64,000 bases of DNA, from positions 10,230,001 through 10,294,000 of the forward strand of contig NW_026889761.1 of the NCBI RefSeq assembly GCF_033153115.1, in the 5' to 3' direction. Source of the stretch: Saccostrea echinata (lineage: Eukaryota). The position numbers were made by a program, and so were the translations under genes. Shown piece after piece: positions 62,147-64,000 of this stretch; the stretch's first letter is position 1, and each line of letters begins with the position of its first letter. The notes below the pieces were generated by a model. The model worked only from the letters and a program-made list of their open reading frames with translations. It had not been told where the DNA came from and ran no database searches.

Positions 62147-64000
62147 TGATTAAAGAGTAATTAATTCAATCCATAATCACTAAAAATTAGTCTTTGATCA
62201 ATATGATATTAACTGTTGATATTGAAGATTAAAGAGTGTTTTGTTTTTTAAATCATACTTTGCTAATATTGATTTTAAGTCTGTTACTCAAACAGATTTT
62301 TTCTTGTCTTTCTCTTTAATTAGGAAAATTTATTTTACACACAAAATACATGAATATAAATTTTGTGTTTATATAGCAATGCAGACTGGAGGCTATTCCA
62401 ATCTCGAATCTCGTTTGATTGTATATAGTGATTACAATTCTATTACATGTAGATTAAAATAATCCAATTTTGTTTCCAATTATGAATTAAGTTATATTTG
62501 TCATTTAGTGAAATAAACATGGATGATTTTATTTACATGTATTGTATCAGGTGAAACGGCCAAGATTTTCCTGCGCCGCGGGAAAACCCACGAATTTTAT
62601 GTGATGCAAGGTTTTTGCCTCAGACATTATAATACCTGACATTAAATTTTATTTATTTATTTTTTTATATAAAACGAATGTGAATTAAACATTTTAAGTT
62701 ACGTTCTTGCAAAACTGAAGAAATGTATAATGTATAAAACTGTACTTTCAAAGCAGTACTTTTTGGGGCACAGGAAAAGAGAATGTTTTTGTGAGTAGTA
62801 AATGTCATGTTCCCCTTACTTTAACAATCTCTGGAATGTACTGTCCAAACTGTATTCCGAATTCTTCCTGGTATTGGACAAGACCATCTCCGCAAATAAA
62901 TCAAAGACACATCCTGACTAAGCGGGAAAAGTTGATCCTAAAAATCATAAACAATTGTCTTCTAATTTTATAGCCCCTACCTCACCCCCCTTCAGCTGTA
63001 TTGCTTTCAAAATTATTAGAGTAATTTTTTTTCTTTCATTGTATTATCAGTTGCATTTTGTGAGTTTTAGTACAAGTTAAGGTATTTATATTTACAATTA
63101 AATAGAACCAAATCTGCAAAGAATATATCGGAGGAAATTAAGCCTAGTTATCACCAAGTGAATCATTTATCTTTTTCCTTGGATTGACCGCTGTGATTGT
63201 GGTCGAGAATTGACGAGAATCGCGGATCTTGTTTAAAGATTTGACATGCTCCCACCAAAAAACACGCGGGGTTCCGACCATCTTCCGATATGTTCTGACA
63301 CCGACTTGTATCTTTAGATTTTAGTAGTTTTTTGTGCTTTTCGTTTAGGAAAAGAGAATTAATGTCTTTGAACGAAACAAAACTGTCGGAGAAATACAAC
63401 ATTGTTTTGCTAGTTAAATTGTCGCTACTTTTCCAAAAGCTGAATTATTTATTAAACATGTATTTAATTTTTTTTTCAATATTTCTTACTTGCTTGGTCT
63501 AAATGTATAATTAATATGTACCCATCATTTTTAATCCTTAAAAATAAATTATATGGCTTATATTTCAAAGAGAACCATGGTATGGTAAATGCACGTATTT
63601 TCATCCCCCGCTTATCCAGAGACGAATCTCATATACGCTTATACGTCGATCTCTGGCTTATCAAACTTCTTATATTAATTAACAGACACGCAGCATTGCC
63701 AAAAACATAAATTTATGAGCAAGAATTTGACAACTTAGATTTTTCCATTGATTGCTTCAGATGAAAATAACTATGATTATTTTACTGTTGAAATATACAG
63801 ATTTTTATCATTTGTTTGAAATAAGCATCTCAGATATGGCTAACTTCCTGTAATCTACACGAACTGTTTTGATATAAGTATATATATAATGACGCAAGAG
63901 ATATCTCTTTATTTGCAAAACTGATAGATCGACACGATTTTTTTGGTGAGATTTTACATACTTTCCAAGTAAAAATGCATTAATGCCTATAGATTATTAC

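Noticed and set aside
63163-63402. 79-aa minus-strand ORF in a CpG-richer patch
   Set aside because: No recognisable motif, TIRs or splice structure; likely a repeat fragment that cannot be classified from this window.

Overview
AT-rich eukaryotic (animal) genomic DNA, most likely an oyster or other bivalve, judged from Cg170-like satellite monomers and Helentron/HINE-type elements. There is no operon, CRISPR array, rRNA or credible tRNA gene. I reconstructed five protein-coding genes by hand from GT-AG junctions and codon phase: the 5' part of SPAG17 (minus strand, running off the left edge), an intronless MECR (+), OSCP1 (-), a complete 13-exon CYP39A1-like P450 (+), and an unknown Lys/Glu/Ser-rich gene with a single coding exon (-). 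SPAG17/MECR and OSCP1/CYP39A1 are head-to-head pairs, the latter with only 116 bp between the ATGs. Introns and intergenic DNA hold many non-autonomous DNA transposons with readable TIRs and TSDs (TA, 3, 4, 5, 7 and 9 bp, and TTAA), several of them nested, plus HINE-like satellite carriers and a 5'-truncated Penelope-like RT. Two patterns stand out. (1) Tandem duplications repeatedly start at gene-processing signals: a ~39 x 60-bp array copying an OSCP1 exon end plus its 5' splice site, a repeated SPAG17 3' splice site, a duplicated CYP39A1 exon plus donor, a 57-bp minisatellite starting at another CYP39A1 donor, and a 4x repeated stop codon. (2) Five frame-preserving microexon candidates (3, 15, 18, 24 and 27 nt) lie in the two cilia-associated genes. 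All exon models are predictions from sequence and need RNA-seq confirmation.
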